Of a stretch of DNA of 64,000 nt, positions 46,970-56,429 are shown piece by piece (the first letter of the stretch is position 1; every line of letters starts with the position of its first letter). The stretch is from Candidatus Poseidoniaceae archaeon (GTDB taxonomy: Archaea; Thermoplasmatota; Poseidoniia; Poseidoniales; Poseidoniaceae): contig CBFIJH010000005.1 of the NCBI GenBank assembly GCA_965662895.1, forward strand, positions 57,928 to 121,927, given 5' to 3'. Below the pieces are notes generated by a model, which was not told the DNA's origin, ran no database searches, and saw only the letters and a program-made list of their open reading frames with translations. The translations under genes and the position numbers were made by a program.

Positions 46970-47425
46970 TTATGAATGCGTGTTGTTTTCCTTGTTCATC
47001 TGCATTGTAATGAAATGGATGGCGAGTCCTACTGGCATGAGCATAACGCCGAACAAAATTGCCACTTGCGCAGCAGTTTTGTTGATTTCTGTTTCAACAC
47101 TTCGCTTCCAAATCCATCGCGTGACGATGATGTCACCAATCACAAAGTGCGTCCATGCAAGAACAGCACCATCGTCTGTGCCAAGGACTTCAGCAAGGCC
47201 CGAAACGAAACCGCTCAGGGTACCGTCCCCGATCATATCGCTGAGAGCACCGAGATTCATTGCAAGAACGATCAGATAAGCAATCAACGGTCCAAGGACA
47301 AACCATGGTCCATCCATCCATTTTTTCGTTCGTTCAGCATATGGTTGAAGGAGCATAAGCATCCAGAACGGACCAACCCACATCGATGCTGCGAAGAAGG
47401 CGACCAGAAGCATTGTTTCAACCAT
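46970..47425 (-). CDS. DUF4281/ABA4-like 4-TM membrane protein
   Basis: 151 aa. FAASMWVGPFWMLMLLQPYAERTKKWM resembles the DUF4281 opening. Family call is from memory. Sits between crtB and crtI. Confidence 0.45.
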   Translation of the reverse strand: MVETMLLVAFFAASMWVGPFWMLMLLQPYAERTKKWMDGPWFVLGPLIAYLIVLAMNLGALSDMIGDGTLSGFVSGLAEVLGTDDGAVLAWTHFVIGDIIVTRWIWKRSVETEINKTAAQVAILFGVMLMPVGLAIHFITMQMNKENNTHS

Positions 47426-47988
47426 TAAATCACCTTCTCATATGCTTGTTCGATTTCGTCAATCGAGTTCTCGGTCGGATAATAGGTGTCACTTTCCCAC
47501 TGGATGACGCCGTTTTGGTCGATGAGGAACAACGCAGGTGTTCCAGGAAGACCATAGTATTCAAAAATGGATTGACTCAAATCGGCTTGATCTTCGATTC
47601 GTTGGATTGAATCATCGTCTGTTGGCAAAACAATCGGCCATGGAGTGTAGTGGTCGCTTTCCGTGAAACCAAATTCTTCAGCGACGTCCTCTTTGGTTTC
47701 AAATCGGAGGTACCGTTCAACAGAAACGATTTGCAAAGGTGGCTCCTGATTCATCCAATCGTTGTGATGTTCTCGCAAATCATCGGTCCAATCTTTGCAG
47801 CCAGTACATCCTACTCCGATGAAGAGCACGAGGACGGGCCCCTCGCTCAAGTTTTCTTTCATCGAATACATTGGTCCACCGTCTTCCTCCCGGTCGAGGG
47901 TTTCGACAGTAAAGACACGTCCGTCCTCAGGGGTCGGTTCAATGCAGCCTGCCAGGAGCAAAATGAGCACAAGGGCAACGAAACGCAC
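47425..47988 (-). CDS. Thioredoxin-fold lipoprotein (TlpA/ResA-like thiol-disulfide oxidoreductase)
   Basis: MRFVALVLILLLAGC (lipobox) and a CxxC GCTGC after the strand VLVLFIG. Stop overlaps the DUF4281 start by 1 nt. Confidence 0.65.
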   Translation of the reverse strand: MRFVALVLILLLAGCIEPTPEDGRVFTVETLDREEDGGPMYSMKENLSEGPVLVLFIGVGCTGCKDWTDDLREHHNDWMNQEPPLQIVSVERYLRFETKEDVAEEFGFTESDHYTPWPIVLPTDDDSIQRIEDQADLSQSIFEYYGLPGTPALFLIDQNGVIQWESDTYYPTENSIDEIEQAYEKVI

Positions 47989-47997
47989 GTTGCTCCC

Positions 47998-49605
47998 TCA
48001 AGCGTTGGTCGGCGTTCCTGCTTCTTTCGCAGTTGTCACCTTTCGTTGAGCTTTCCGTCCACGAGGCGAGCGGCGAATGCCTTCGAACCAAGTATCGACG
48101 CCGTTCCAATCCGGGTCAATTCCGAGGTCATCCAACACGAGTTTGCTGCTGATTCGAGCGCTCTCAAAGATGGTCGGTAGTCCACTGCCGGGATGTGTAC
48201 CTCCACCGACAATGTAGAGGTTGTTTGCTTCTTCAAACCGGTTGTGCGGGCGTCGCCAGAGCATTTGTTTGAGGTCGTGTGTGAGGTTAAACACTGCACC
48301 GCGATAGATGTCAGATGCACCCCAGTCATCGGGTGTGATTACGGTCTCTGAAACGATGTGATCGCCAATATCATCGTACCCAAGTTTTGCCAGTTGTTTG
48401 ACAACAATTTCTCTGAAATCTGCTTTGATGTCATCCCAAACGATGCTCTCGTGCTGGTTTGGTACAGGTACGAGAACGTAAATCGTCGAGTGTCCCTCAG
48501 GAGCGAGCGAGTCATCGGTTATTGACGCATTTTGAACGTAGACGGATGGGTCGTCCCATGTCAAACGATGATTGGTGATATCTTTGAGATTCTTTTCGTA
48601 CTCTGAGGATGCATAGATTTGATGATGTGGTAAATCGTATTGCTTGTCAACACCCAAGTAGAGCATAAAGGTTGAACAAGAATATCCTTTCTTTTCCAGT
48701 TTCTTATCGGACCATTTCTTGCGCTTCTCATTGGGGACGAGTGTTGTCATTGCATGAGCAAAATCTGCGTTGACAACCACTCTGTCGGCCATTATTTCAG
48801 CGCCGTCAATCCGGACGCCTTTGACGGTTTTACCTTCATAGATGAGGGACTCAACCGGAGTGCTGAGTCGAATATTGACGCCCATTTCTTCCGCAATTTC
48901 AGCCATTCGAGCAGTGATGCTTCCTAGGCCTCCTTTGGCGTGGAAAATGCCGTGCTCGTACTCAAGGAAGGCGAGAATCGTAAACAGCGAAGGGGCATGG
49001 AACGGGCTCATTCCCAGGTACTTGGTTTGGAACGACATTGCGAGTCGAATGCGTTCATCATCGAAATGCTTACTGAGATCTCCAGCAACGCTGGCCCAAG
49101 GCTTGAGGACAGAAGCCACCCGCATGGCTCGTCTCGAAAGAATGTCCAACGGACTTCGCCATGGAGTTTGCAAACACTTCTTGCTGAGGTCAAGCTTTCT
49201 TCGGTTTTGTTTGACGTACTTTTTGAATCCTTCAGCGTTTTTGTCACCGGCAAGCTCTCGAATACGTTCTGTCATTTCTTCGAGGTTGCTTGTCGCATCG
49301 ATGTGGCCTCCAGCGCCAAAGACAAGCCTGTACATCGGGTCCAATGGCATCAAACCGAGTTCCTTGTGTGCGTCTCGACCAATTGCTTGGAAGATCTCTT
49401 CGATAACTTCTGGATAGTGGAAGAAGGTTGGTCCACGGTCGAACGTGTATCCGTCCTTTGTGTACAATCTGGTGCGTCCACCGACGGCATCGGCTTTCTC
49501 GAGTACGGTCACGTTGACACCTGAATGGGCGAGGAGAAGTGCAGAAGCAAGACCGCCCGGTCCTGACCCTACGATGATTGCGGTTGGTTTATTCTGAGTA
49601 CTCAT
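47998..49605 (-). CDS. crtI: Phytoene desaturase family FAD-dependent oxidoreductase (CrtI/CrtD-like)
   Basis: N-terminal dinucleotide fold IIVGSGPGGLASALLLAHSGVNVTVLEKADAVGGR. ~500-aa CrtI-like core plus a basic C-terminal extension. Confidence 0.8.
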   Translation of the reverse strand: MSTQNKPTAIIVGSGPGGLASALLLAHSGVNVTVLEKADAVGGRTRLYTKDGYTFDRGPTFFHYPEVIEEIFQAIGRDAHKELGLMPLDPMYRLVFGAGGHIDATSNLEEMTERIRELAGDKNAEGFKKYVKQNRRKLDLSKKCLQTPWRSPLDILSRRAMRVASVLKPWASVAGDLSKHFDDERIRLAMSFQTKYLGMSPFHAPSLFTILAFLEYEHGIFHAKGGLGSITARMAEIAEEMGVNIRLSTPVESLIYEGKTVKGVRIDGAEIMADRVVVNADFAHAMTTLVPNEKRKKWSDKKLEKKGYSCSTFMLYLGVDKQYDLPHHQIYASSEYEKNLKDITNHRLTWDDPSVYVQNASITDDSLAPEGHSTIYVLVPVPNQHESIVWDDIKADFREIVVKQLAKLGYDDIGDHIVSETVITPDDWGASDIYRGAVFNLTHDLKQMLWRRPHNRFEEANNLYIVGGGTHPGSGLPTIFESARISSKLVLDDLGIDPDWNGVDTWFEGIRRSPRGRKAQRKVTTAKEAGTPTNA

Positions 49606-49650
49606 GAATCCACCAGTGAGAAACGGCTTATAAATCGACGTTTTGAACCA

Positions 49651-50940
49651 CTAGTCGGCTGGCTGTATCTCGCCTTCCCAGAACGTTTTCGTGATGGTTT
49701 TTTGCGTCCTGGAATCTTTTGAATACGGTAGTTCGACGATCGAAGCAAATTCATCGAGATAAGGCCCCATTGATGAGATAAGATCGATGTCTGGATGCCC
49801 ACGAAGAACCATTCCATCCATGTACATCAACGAACGGATGATTGGGAAGGCTTCCTCACCAAAGCGACAGCCAGCCAGGACAGCGATGCGCACCGTTTTC
49901 ATCATCTGCTGTGTGAGACTAACCTCGCTGACGGATTTGCCGACAAATCCATCATAGATTTCGTGCATTTCACGCATGTATCGCGCCTTCGCCTCACCAG
50001 TTGGAGGTGTGTCTGCCATGGTCAACATTGCTTCAAACGCACCCTCAAGTTCTCCCTTCGCAAGATAGTAGAAGAAGCCGAACAGCGCTGAACGTACACT
50101 TTCTGGAGCGTGAGAAATTGCACCAGTATCAATAAAGGTGAATTGCCCGTTTTCATCGACCATCGCATTTCCTGGGTGAAGGTCGCCGTGGAATGTCCCG
50201 ATACCAAACATGAAAGCACCGTGGATGCGAAACAACTGCAACAAGTCGTCCCAGGATAGATTTCCTTTCGAAAGTCTAGATTCGAGAGTAGGGGCTTTGA
50301 TGTGTTCCATGACCAAAACGTGTTGATTTGAGAGTTCTGGCCAAACTTTTGGAAAGTTCAACAAGGGCATGGGGAATTGGTGTTCGACCTCTTTGGCTTT
50401 CGATTGAAGCAACTCAGCACCTTGAATTTCGTTTCGCAAGTCAAGCTCTCGAAGTGTGTAATCCTCAACGTGCTGAAGCAAACCGACTGGATTGCCCACT
50501 TTTCGAAGTCGAGGATTCAAAAACAGTCCAATTCTAAGCCATCGGCGCATTCGAGCGACATCTTTGCGGAACGATTTCTCAAAATCCGCCTTGATGATCT
50601 TCACCACCACTTGACTTCCGTCTTTGAGGACACCACGGTGTACCTGTCCGATGCTTGCTGCTGCAAAGGGTTCTTCTTCGAAGGACTCAAAGGCATCAAG
50701 GAATCCGGCAGGAGCTCGACTTCGAATCAGCGACATCGAATCCTCCTTCGGAATCGAATTTGCTCTCTGATACAGCGATTGAAGTTGTCTGCACTTTTCT
50801 TCAGACAGTAGATCGGGACGGAGTGCGAAGATTTGAGTGAGTTTAACAGCAAGCAACCCCATCTTCTGTATTTTATCGAGGTCGGCAGGGCCGTCCTTCG
50901 TAATCATGCGAATAAAACGAACGAATGTCAGGAGGCGCAT
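49651..50940 (-). CDS. ABC1/UbiB-family atypical protein kinase
   Basis: FEEEPFAAASIGQVHRG, VVVKI (Lys), HGDLHPGNAMVD (catalytic loop), FIDTG. Confidence 0.8.
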   Translation of the reverse strand: MRLLTFVRFIRMITKDGPADLDKIQKMGLLAVKLTQIFALRPDLLSEEKCRQLQSLYQRANSIPKEDSMSLIRSRAPAGFLDAFESFEEEPFAAASIGQVHRGVLKDGSQVVVKIIKADFEKSFRKDVARMRRWLRIGLFLNPRLRKVGNPVGLLQHVEDYTLRELDLRNEIQGAELLQSKAKEVEHQFPMPLLNFPKVWPELSNQHVLVMEHIKAPTLESRLSKGNLSWDDLLQLFRIHGAFMFGIGTFHGDLHPGNAMVDENGQFTFIDTGAISHAPESVRSALFGFFYYLAKGELEGAFEAMLTMADTPPTGEAKARYMREMHEIYDGFVGKSVSEVSLTQQMMKTVRIAVLAGCRFGEEAFPIIRSLMYMDGMVLRGHPDIDLISSMGPYLDEFASIVELPYSKDSRTQKTITKTFWEGEIQPAD

Positions 50941-50965
50941 AGTAAAAAAATCTCCTTTTCATTTA

Positions 50966-51787
50966 TCAATCGGCGTTTTTTTTCAGGAGTGCTTTGATAG
51001 GATTTGCAAAGAGAGCAGGTGTTGTTTTCACCCATTCATCAAATCCTTCACGTTGTTGCAAATCAACTTCCGACATCTTGACACCGCTTACATAACGAAG
51101 GAGAAGTGTGAGGATAAGGGGACCAATGAGTACTGGAAGAGCGTCAAAACCCGAAACGATGACAGCAAAACCGCCAATCGACCACCACAAGATTGCTTCT
51201 CCCAAATGGTTCGGGTGACGAGTGACTGAGAACATTCCATCCGTTTTGAGGTGACCTGGGCCGTGCATAGCACGATATTTTTTCAACTCCATGTCTGCTT
51301 TGTGTTCCAAGGATAAGCCAAGCAGGAAACCGAAAAGACAAGCCAAGGACAATGCAGTAGAAGTCACGGTCCACTCAATGGATTCCGATTGTTCTGGAAT
51401 GAGGGCGAAAATTGGAAGCGCAACCACAAGGAGGAAAACCGCTTGAAGCATGAATACCTGAAGGAAACTGATCCACCACCAATTGTTCCCAGCAACCTCG
51501 CGCATGCGAACATAGCGTGGATCTTCCCCACGATTCTTTGTTCGATAATGCAATACAACTGCAAGACGCAGTCCCCACAGGGTGACACATGCGAGGCAGA
51601 GTAGTGCAGCAAGATTCGTGGCATCGGTGAAGAGAAATCGAGTCCAAGCGATGAGGACAAAACCCATTCCCCATAAGACGTCCATAACCGTAACATTGCC
51701 GGTTGATAGCGTCTTAATCCATGCAATTGTGACGTATGCGAGGACAACAAGAACGGTCAGCAAATTCAATCCAATGTCCACCATCAT
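50966..51787 (-). CDS. DUF1295 / steroid-5-alpha-reductase-like membrane protein
   Basis: ~8 helices. C-terminal SVTRHPNHLGEAILWW is typical of the ICMT/DUF1295 superfamily. Start overlaps the trmB-like stop. Confidence 0.7.
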   Translation of the reverse strand: MMVDIGLNLLTVLVVLAYVTIAWIKTLSTGNVTVMDVLWGMGFVLIAWTRFLFTDATNLAALLCLACVTLWGLRLAVVLHYRTKNRGEDPRYVRMREVAGNNWWWISFLQVFMLQAVFLLVVALPIFALIPEQSESIEWTVTSTALSLACLFGFLLGLSLEHKADMELKKYRAMHGPGHLKTDGMFSVTRHPNHLGEAILWWSIGGFAVIVSGFDALPVLIGPLILTLLLRYVSGVKMSEVDLQQREGFDEWVKTTPALFANPIKALLKKNAD

Positions 51788-53181
51788 GCAGACGGTTCCG
51801 CTGGTTGTTCTTCATTGTTCATGATGATATGGTAGCGCCAGAGGTCTTCTGGCTCACCGGTTCCATCGTATCTTCGGACGTTGACGTTTCCATCTTTCGG
51901 GAATCGAGTCATCAAGGCTCCTTCGATGATACCATCATCAAGTTCCCACATGGGTAGTACGTCTGGATCTTCGCTTGGAGGATGGTCGAGTCCAACCTGC
52001 ACATGGAAGACCGGATCGATACCGTATTCAAGCCGACCAAGTCCAGCAAATTCCCACCAATCCATCATTTCATCGAGGAATTCGACGTGATTTTCGATTG
52101 AACGGAGTGAGAAAGCCAACTCGTGTCCGACACGATTTCCGACTTGACGCAACATTCGAGCCAAGTCAATACCGAGGATTTTCAAATTTGATAATCTGCC
52201 CTTCGTAAGCTCCTGCCGTGCTTGGTTGACTTCCGTTCCAGCTGCGAGGAAGGCATCTGGGTCGAATGGTGTGTCGTGTTCGGGAAGGTCGTCAACGCCG
52301 AGGGCACCGACTAGGGAATCGAGGAAGGAACCCTCGCCGATTGTCAGTCGAAGTGGGTCATGGATTCTCCCTTTCGAAAATCGGGCTTCTGCGACTTCAA
52401 ACTGTACTGCGTCTTCCCAGATTGTATCGATTAGATTCTCTTGTGCTTTAGCGAAAGGTTCGCTTTCGATGACGAGTGCAGCGTCTTCTTTTCCACGTCC
52501 AACTGGATTTTCTTCGATGTTGAGGAACTGAACAACGTGTGTACAATCCTGGAGGAATCCTTGGGAATCAAGGTCATCTGAATGTTTGATTTCAATTGAA
52601 TCATGAAGTTTCTGGAAGAAACGTGTTGTTCGGCGATCAAGTTGGGCAATGACCTGGACCACAACACCCTTTTCAGCAACTGAATTGATGGTTTCTAGGG
52701 CTTCACTTCTGCAGAGGTGAAGAATACCGTACCGTCCGAGGAGTAGGACGAGCCGTTCTTCAGCATCCTCTGCCATTCGCTCAAGCCTGCGGTAAATGTG
52801 GCTTCGTTCTTTGAGAACTGCGAATCGTGGTTCATCACGCTGGCGGCGGTTCGCCTCGTAGGAAGCATTTGCTTCCGTGATGCCTTTGGAGAGCTCATTG
52901 AATCCTTCTTCGAGGTTATCCAGTTGCCTGCGGCGCATCTCAATAATGTGCTGCAACGCTTCATCAACACGCAAGCTTGAAAACAACATCGGCCGGTCAG
53001 CAGTTGCTGTAACGATACCCATTTCTTGGAGCCTTGAGAGGCTGTTGTACGCATCCAGTCGCGTTGTTTGCAATTCCTTTGCGAGTTCGCTTGCACGCAT
53101 GTTTGGATTGTTGCCAAGCACCATGATTGAGCGTACTTCTCGTTCAGTGAGACCAGCTTCGTTCAGAAGGCTGTCCCACAT
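51784..53181 (-). CDS. TrmB-family transcriptional regulator with a large C-terminal sensor domain
   Basis: Start at MWDSLLNEAGLTEREVRSIMVLGNNPNMRASELAKELQTTRLDAYNSLSRLQEMGIV (TrmB wHTH). ~380-aa C-terminal region. Confidence 0.65.
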   Translation of the reverse strand: MWDSLLNEAGLTEREVRSIMVLGNNPNMRASELAKELQTTRLDAYNSLSRLQEMGIVTATADRPMLFSSLRVDEALQHIIEMRRRQLDNLEEGFNELSKGITEANASYEANRRQRDEPRFAVLKERSHIYRRLERMAEDAEERLVLLLGRYGILHLCRSEALETINSVAEKGVVVQVIAQLDRRTTRFFQKLHDSIEIKHSDDLDSQGFLQDCTHVVQFLNIEENPVGRGKEDAALVIESEPFAKAQENLIDTIWEDAVQFEVAEARFSKGRIHDPLRLTIGEGSFLDSLVGALGVDDLPEHDTPFDPDAFLAAGTEVNQARQELTKGRLSNLKILGIDLARMLRQVGNRVGHELAFSLRSIENHVEFLDEMMDWWEFAGLGRLEYGIDPVFHVQVGLDHPPSEDPDVLPMWELDDGIIEGALMTRFPKDGNVNVRRYDGTGEPEDLWRYHIIMNNEEQPAEPSA

Positions 53182-53711
53182 TAGTCGGATCCCCCAGTGA
53201 CGGATGAGAGGCTCTTGAGGATTCGAGCAACGTGTCGGCGTGGACGGAACAACCAATCGTATACATGGTGGATTCGATTGTCAGGCCCAATCAAGAAACT
53301 GGATTTGGCAGGAAACATTCCGAGATGGACTGGAACCAGGAATTTGTCTGCGACTTCCCTTTCCGGATCGGCAAGAAGTGGAAACGGAAGTCCACCAATT
53401 TCTTTCTTGAACTTGGCATGCGATTCGCTTGTTCCTTCCCCAATTCCAACGACTTTGCATCCTGCTGAGACGAACAAATCGTGTTGTTCCTTGAAGGTGA
53501 GACAGCCTCGCTTGCACGTCGGTGACCCATCCTTCGCATAGAAGAACAAAATTCGCCATGAATCATTCAGCGATTTGCTGTCAAAAACGTTGCCTACGTC
53601 ATCAGTAAGCGTGAATTCAGGTGCGAGTTCTCCAATCAAATCTTTGCTCACTCGCTTCGCCTCATTGTGGGTGAGGCGCTCTGCTGTCAATATGACTTCC
53701 CCCATGTGCAT
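53181..53711 (-). CDS. bcp: Peroxiredoxin, Bcp-type (AhpC/TSA)
   Basis: APEFTLTDDVGNV, FFYAKDGSPTCKRGC (P-x3-T-x2-C peroxidatic Cys). Start at MHMGEV; the track begins upstream at a TTG codon. Stop and the trmB-like start share a TAATG. The start coordinate may be off by 1 nt: the printed sequence and the track frame disagree by one base in this region. Confidence 0.65.
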   Translation of the reverse strand: MHMGEVILTAERLTHNEAKRVSKDLIGELAPEFTLTDDVGNVFDSKSLNDSWRILFFYAKDGSPTCKRGCLTFKEQHDLFVSAGCKVVGIGEGTSESHAKFKKEIGGLPFPLLADPEREVADKFLVPVHLGMFPAKSSFLIGPDNRIHHVYDWLFRPRRHVARILKSLSSVTGGSD

Positions 53712-53716
53712 CACCC

Positions 53717-54328
53717 TCAGATTGGCAGAATGTGACGCATTCGCAACGCTTTTGTTCGCAGATAATTTTTGTTTTCTGAGCAAAATCCTGCTTTGTGAGA
53801 TACACGGTCGACAACCGATATGCCGTGCTGTTCGAGTTGCTCGACCTTGTCCGGGTTGTTGGTCATGAGACGAACGCTGTCATATCCTATATCAGTGAGG
53901 ATGTGGGCTGCGATTGTGTAGTCACGGCCATCGGCGGGTAAATTGAGCGCAAGATTAGCATCGAGTGTGTCAAGCCCACGGTCTTGTAGGTTGTAGGCCT
54001 GCATCTTTGCAAATAGTCCAATGCCGCGACCTTCCTGGCGGAGGTAAAGAACGATGCCACGTCCTTCTTTTTGGATGGTCTTTAATGCACGTTGCAACTG
54101 TGGTCCACAATCGCATCGAAGACTTCCAAGAGCGTCTCCAGTTAGGCATTCTGAGTGGATGCGGACAAGAGGGGGGGTTTGATCGTTCATGTCGCCGTGA
54201 TAGATGGCTGCGTGTTCGGAGCCATCTTTCGGGTCGATGTATGATCGTATGCGGAACTCACCATACTTCGTGGGGAGTTTTGCGTCAGCAGGAACTGCCG
54301 TAAACTTCTGGTTAGGATTTACCTTCAT
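53717..54328 (-). CDS. ribA: GTP cyclohydrolase II
   Basis: RIHSECLTGDALGSLRCDCGPQL (zinc Cys triad), LRQEGRGIGL, HGISVV. Confidence 0.85.
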   Translation of the reverse strand: MKVNPNQKFTAVPADAKLPTKYGEFRIRSYIDPKDGSEHAAIYHGDMNDQTPPLVRIHSECLTGDALGSLRCDCGPQLQRALKTIQKEGRGIVLYLRQEGRGIGLFAKMQAYNLQDRGLDTLDANLALNLPADGRDYTIAAHILTDIGYDSVRLMTNNPDKVEQLEQHGISVVDRVSHKAGFCSENKNYLRTKALRMRHILPI

Positions 54329-54417
54329 GTTTTACTTCAACGACGTTGTAGGTATAAAGGACTGTTTCTGAACAAGCCTGTTTGTGCTAATTTGTTAAAC
54401 GGTCCTTCAAATACCTG

Positions 54418-54933
54418 TTGTGGATTATTCGGATTATGACTGGCGACTTCGATGTAGGCGTGGCTGCTGCGGTCACCAACGATTCCGGCATCCTACTGGT
54501 CAAAGAATCCAAGGGCCCCTACGCCGGGTTCTGGGGCTTGCCAAAAGGATACGTCGAGCCGAACGAATCGATCGAATCAGCCGTACTACGGGAACTCAAA
54601 GAGGAAACGCACCTCGACGGGAAAATCTCAGGATTCCTTGGCTTAAGAACGACCAAGACAAACAAAGGCGTTGGTTTGTTTCTCTGCTACAAAATCGAAC
54701 CAACGAGCACGGAAATCCGACCACAACAGGATGAGATATCCGATGTGAAGTTTTTCAATCTTGAATCCTTTGACCAACTCGAATGGGTTTCTGCAGCAAT
54801 GCGAGGGTTTGCTGAAGTAGCACTCAAAGACACATCGCTCCCCCTTGTCGACCTGAGCCATGAATCAAAGCGCCCGTATCATCTCGTATTCAGCGATGGG
54901 CGTGCAACACTTTTGGATGAGGTGATTCAATGA
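54418..54933 (+). CDS. NUDIX hydrolase
   Basis: Nudix box GLPKGYVEPNESIESAVLRELKEETHL. Confidence 0.7.
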   Translation: MWIIRIMTGDFDVGVAAAVTNDSGILLVKESKGPYAGFWGLPKGYVEPNESIESAVLRELKEETHLDGKISGFLGLRTTKTNKGVGLFLCYKIEPTSTEIRPQQDEISDVKFFNLESFDQLEWVSAAMRGFAEVALKDTSLPLVDLSHESKRPYHLVFSDGRATLLDEVIQ

Positions 54934-56420
54934 TTGACGTTCGTCGGATTGATGCCAATGATAAGCCTCTCAATCCCGAAGGGACCCATATTGTCTATTG
55001 GATGACCAGTGCACGACGGGCACGATGGAATCATGCCCTCGATCACGCCATCGAACTTGCCAATGAACACAATGTTCCACTCCTAGTCGTCGAATGTCTG
55101 GCGCTTGGGCACCGATGGGCAAACGATCGCATACACACCTTCGTTTTGCAGGGAATGATTGACAACAGAAAGCTGTTCGAATCGAGTGCTGTAACGTATG
55201 TCCCTTACGTCGAGACCAAGAAAGCCCAAGCCGGAGGTCTACTGCAATCCTTCTCCGAAGATGCAGTCGCCGTCGTCATCGACTATTTCCCGACCTACAT
55301 GCCCCGCGATGTTGCCCAGCGAGCCAAGGATTTAGCCAAATGCTCGGTCCAATGCATCGACAGCAACGGAATCGTTCCTCTGGCGGCTCCTCAACGCTCT
55401 TTCTCAACGGCACATTCCTTCCGCCGATACATCCACAAGAATGTCCTCAACTACATCGCAAGTCCGCCACACTCCGAACCTCTCAAGCACCTGAAGGATG
55501 TACCTAACGGTACGAACATCGTTAAGGAATGCTTTGAGCGCGTCGATGTTCCCTTAACACCGCTCGAGTTTATTTGGAGAGTTTCAGAAGCCTCACGAGA
55601 AGGACGAGAAGCCCTCGCTGTATTGGACATCGATCACGAAGTTCCACCAGTCGACGAACGACGTGGAGGCTCGGTTACAGCTCGTACAGAACTCAAGAAA
55701 TTCATCGAGCAGAAACTTGAATCGTATCACGTTGATCGTAATCACCCGGAGCGTTCTGGAGGAAGTGGCTTGTCTCCATGGCTCCACTATGGTCACATTT
55801 CGACGTTCGAAATCATCCATGAAGTGCTCGATTCACAGGGTTGGAATCCAATGAAAATCACACCACCGCACAACGGTCGTCGGGCCGGTTGGTGGGGTAT
55901 GAGCGAAGGTGCTGAAGCCTTTTTGGACCAGGTCATCACATGGAGAGAACTTGGATTTGTTTACTGTCATGAACATCCGGATCACACCGCTTACGGCACG
56001 CTTCCAGAATGGGCCAAAGCCACGCTTGAGGAACACGAGAATGACGAACGGCCCTACATCTACACCTTCGAGCAGTTGGAACGTGGTGAAACGCATGACC
56101 CGTTGTGGAATGCAGCACAAATTCAACTTCGCAAAGATGGAATCATTCACAACTACCTCCGAATGCTATGGGGTAAGAAGGTGTTGGAATGGTGTCCCGA
56201 TCCGGAAACTGCATGCAAGTGGTTGATTCGTCTCAATGATCGCTGGGCCCTCGACGGACGAGATCCGAACTCCTACACTGGCATCTTCTGGATTTTCGGT
56301 CGCTTCGACCGAGGATGGTTCGAACGCTCCGTCTTTGGAAAGGTACGGTACATGACATCCGCATCAACCCAACGTAAGTTCAAAACTGAGGATTATATAC
56401 GAAAATACGCGGATTCTTAA
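54930..56420 (+). CDS. phr: Class II CPD photolyase (cryptochrome/photolyase family)
   Basis: C-terminal FAD region YTGIFWIFGRFDRGWFERSVFGKVRYM matches the class II signature (the G.HDR.W.ER.hFGK.RYM type). ATGA overlap with nudix. Confidence 0.8.
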   Translation: MIDVRRIDANDKPLNPEGTHIVYWMTSARRARWNHALDHAIELANEHNVPLLVVECLALGHRWANDRIHTFVLQGMIDNRKLFESSAVTYVPYVETKKAQAGGLLQSFSEDAVAVVIDYFPTYMPRDVAQRAKDLAKCSVQCIDSNGIVPLAAPQRSFSTAHSFRRYIHKNVLNYIASPPHSEPLKHLKDVPNGTNIVKECFERVDVPLTPLEFIWRVSEASREGREALAVLDIDHEVPPVDERRGGSVTARTELKKFIEQKLESYHVDRNHPERSGGSGLSPWLHYGHISTFEIIHEVLDSQGWNPMKITPPHNGRRAGWWGMSEGAEAFLDQVITWRELGFVYCHEHPDHTAYGTLPEWAKATLEEHENDERPYIYTFEQLERGETHDPLWNAAQIQLRKDGIIHNYLRMLWGKKVLEWCPDPETACKWLIRLNDRWALDGRDPNSYTGIFWIFGRFDRGWFERSVFGKVRYMTSASTQRKFKTEDYIRKYADS

Positions 56421-56429
56421 CATTAGGAG

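Noticed and set aside
54329-54417. TATA-like ggtataaagg between ribA and nudix as the promoter for either gene
   Set aside because: Spacing to both start codons (about 19 nt to ribA and about 70 nt to nudix) does not fit the usual -26/-27 position. Left unassigned.
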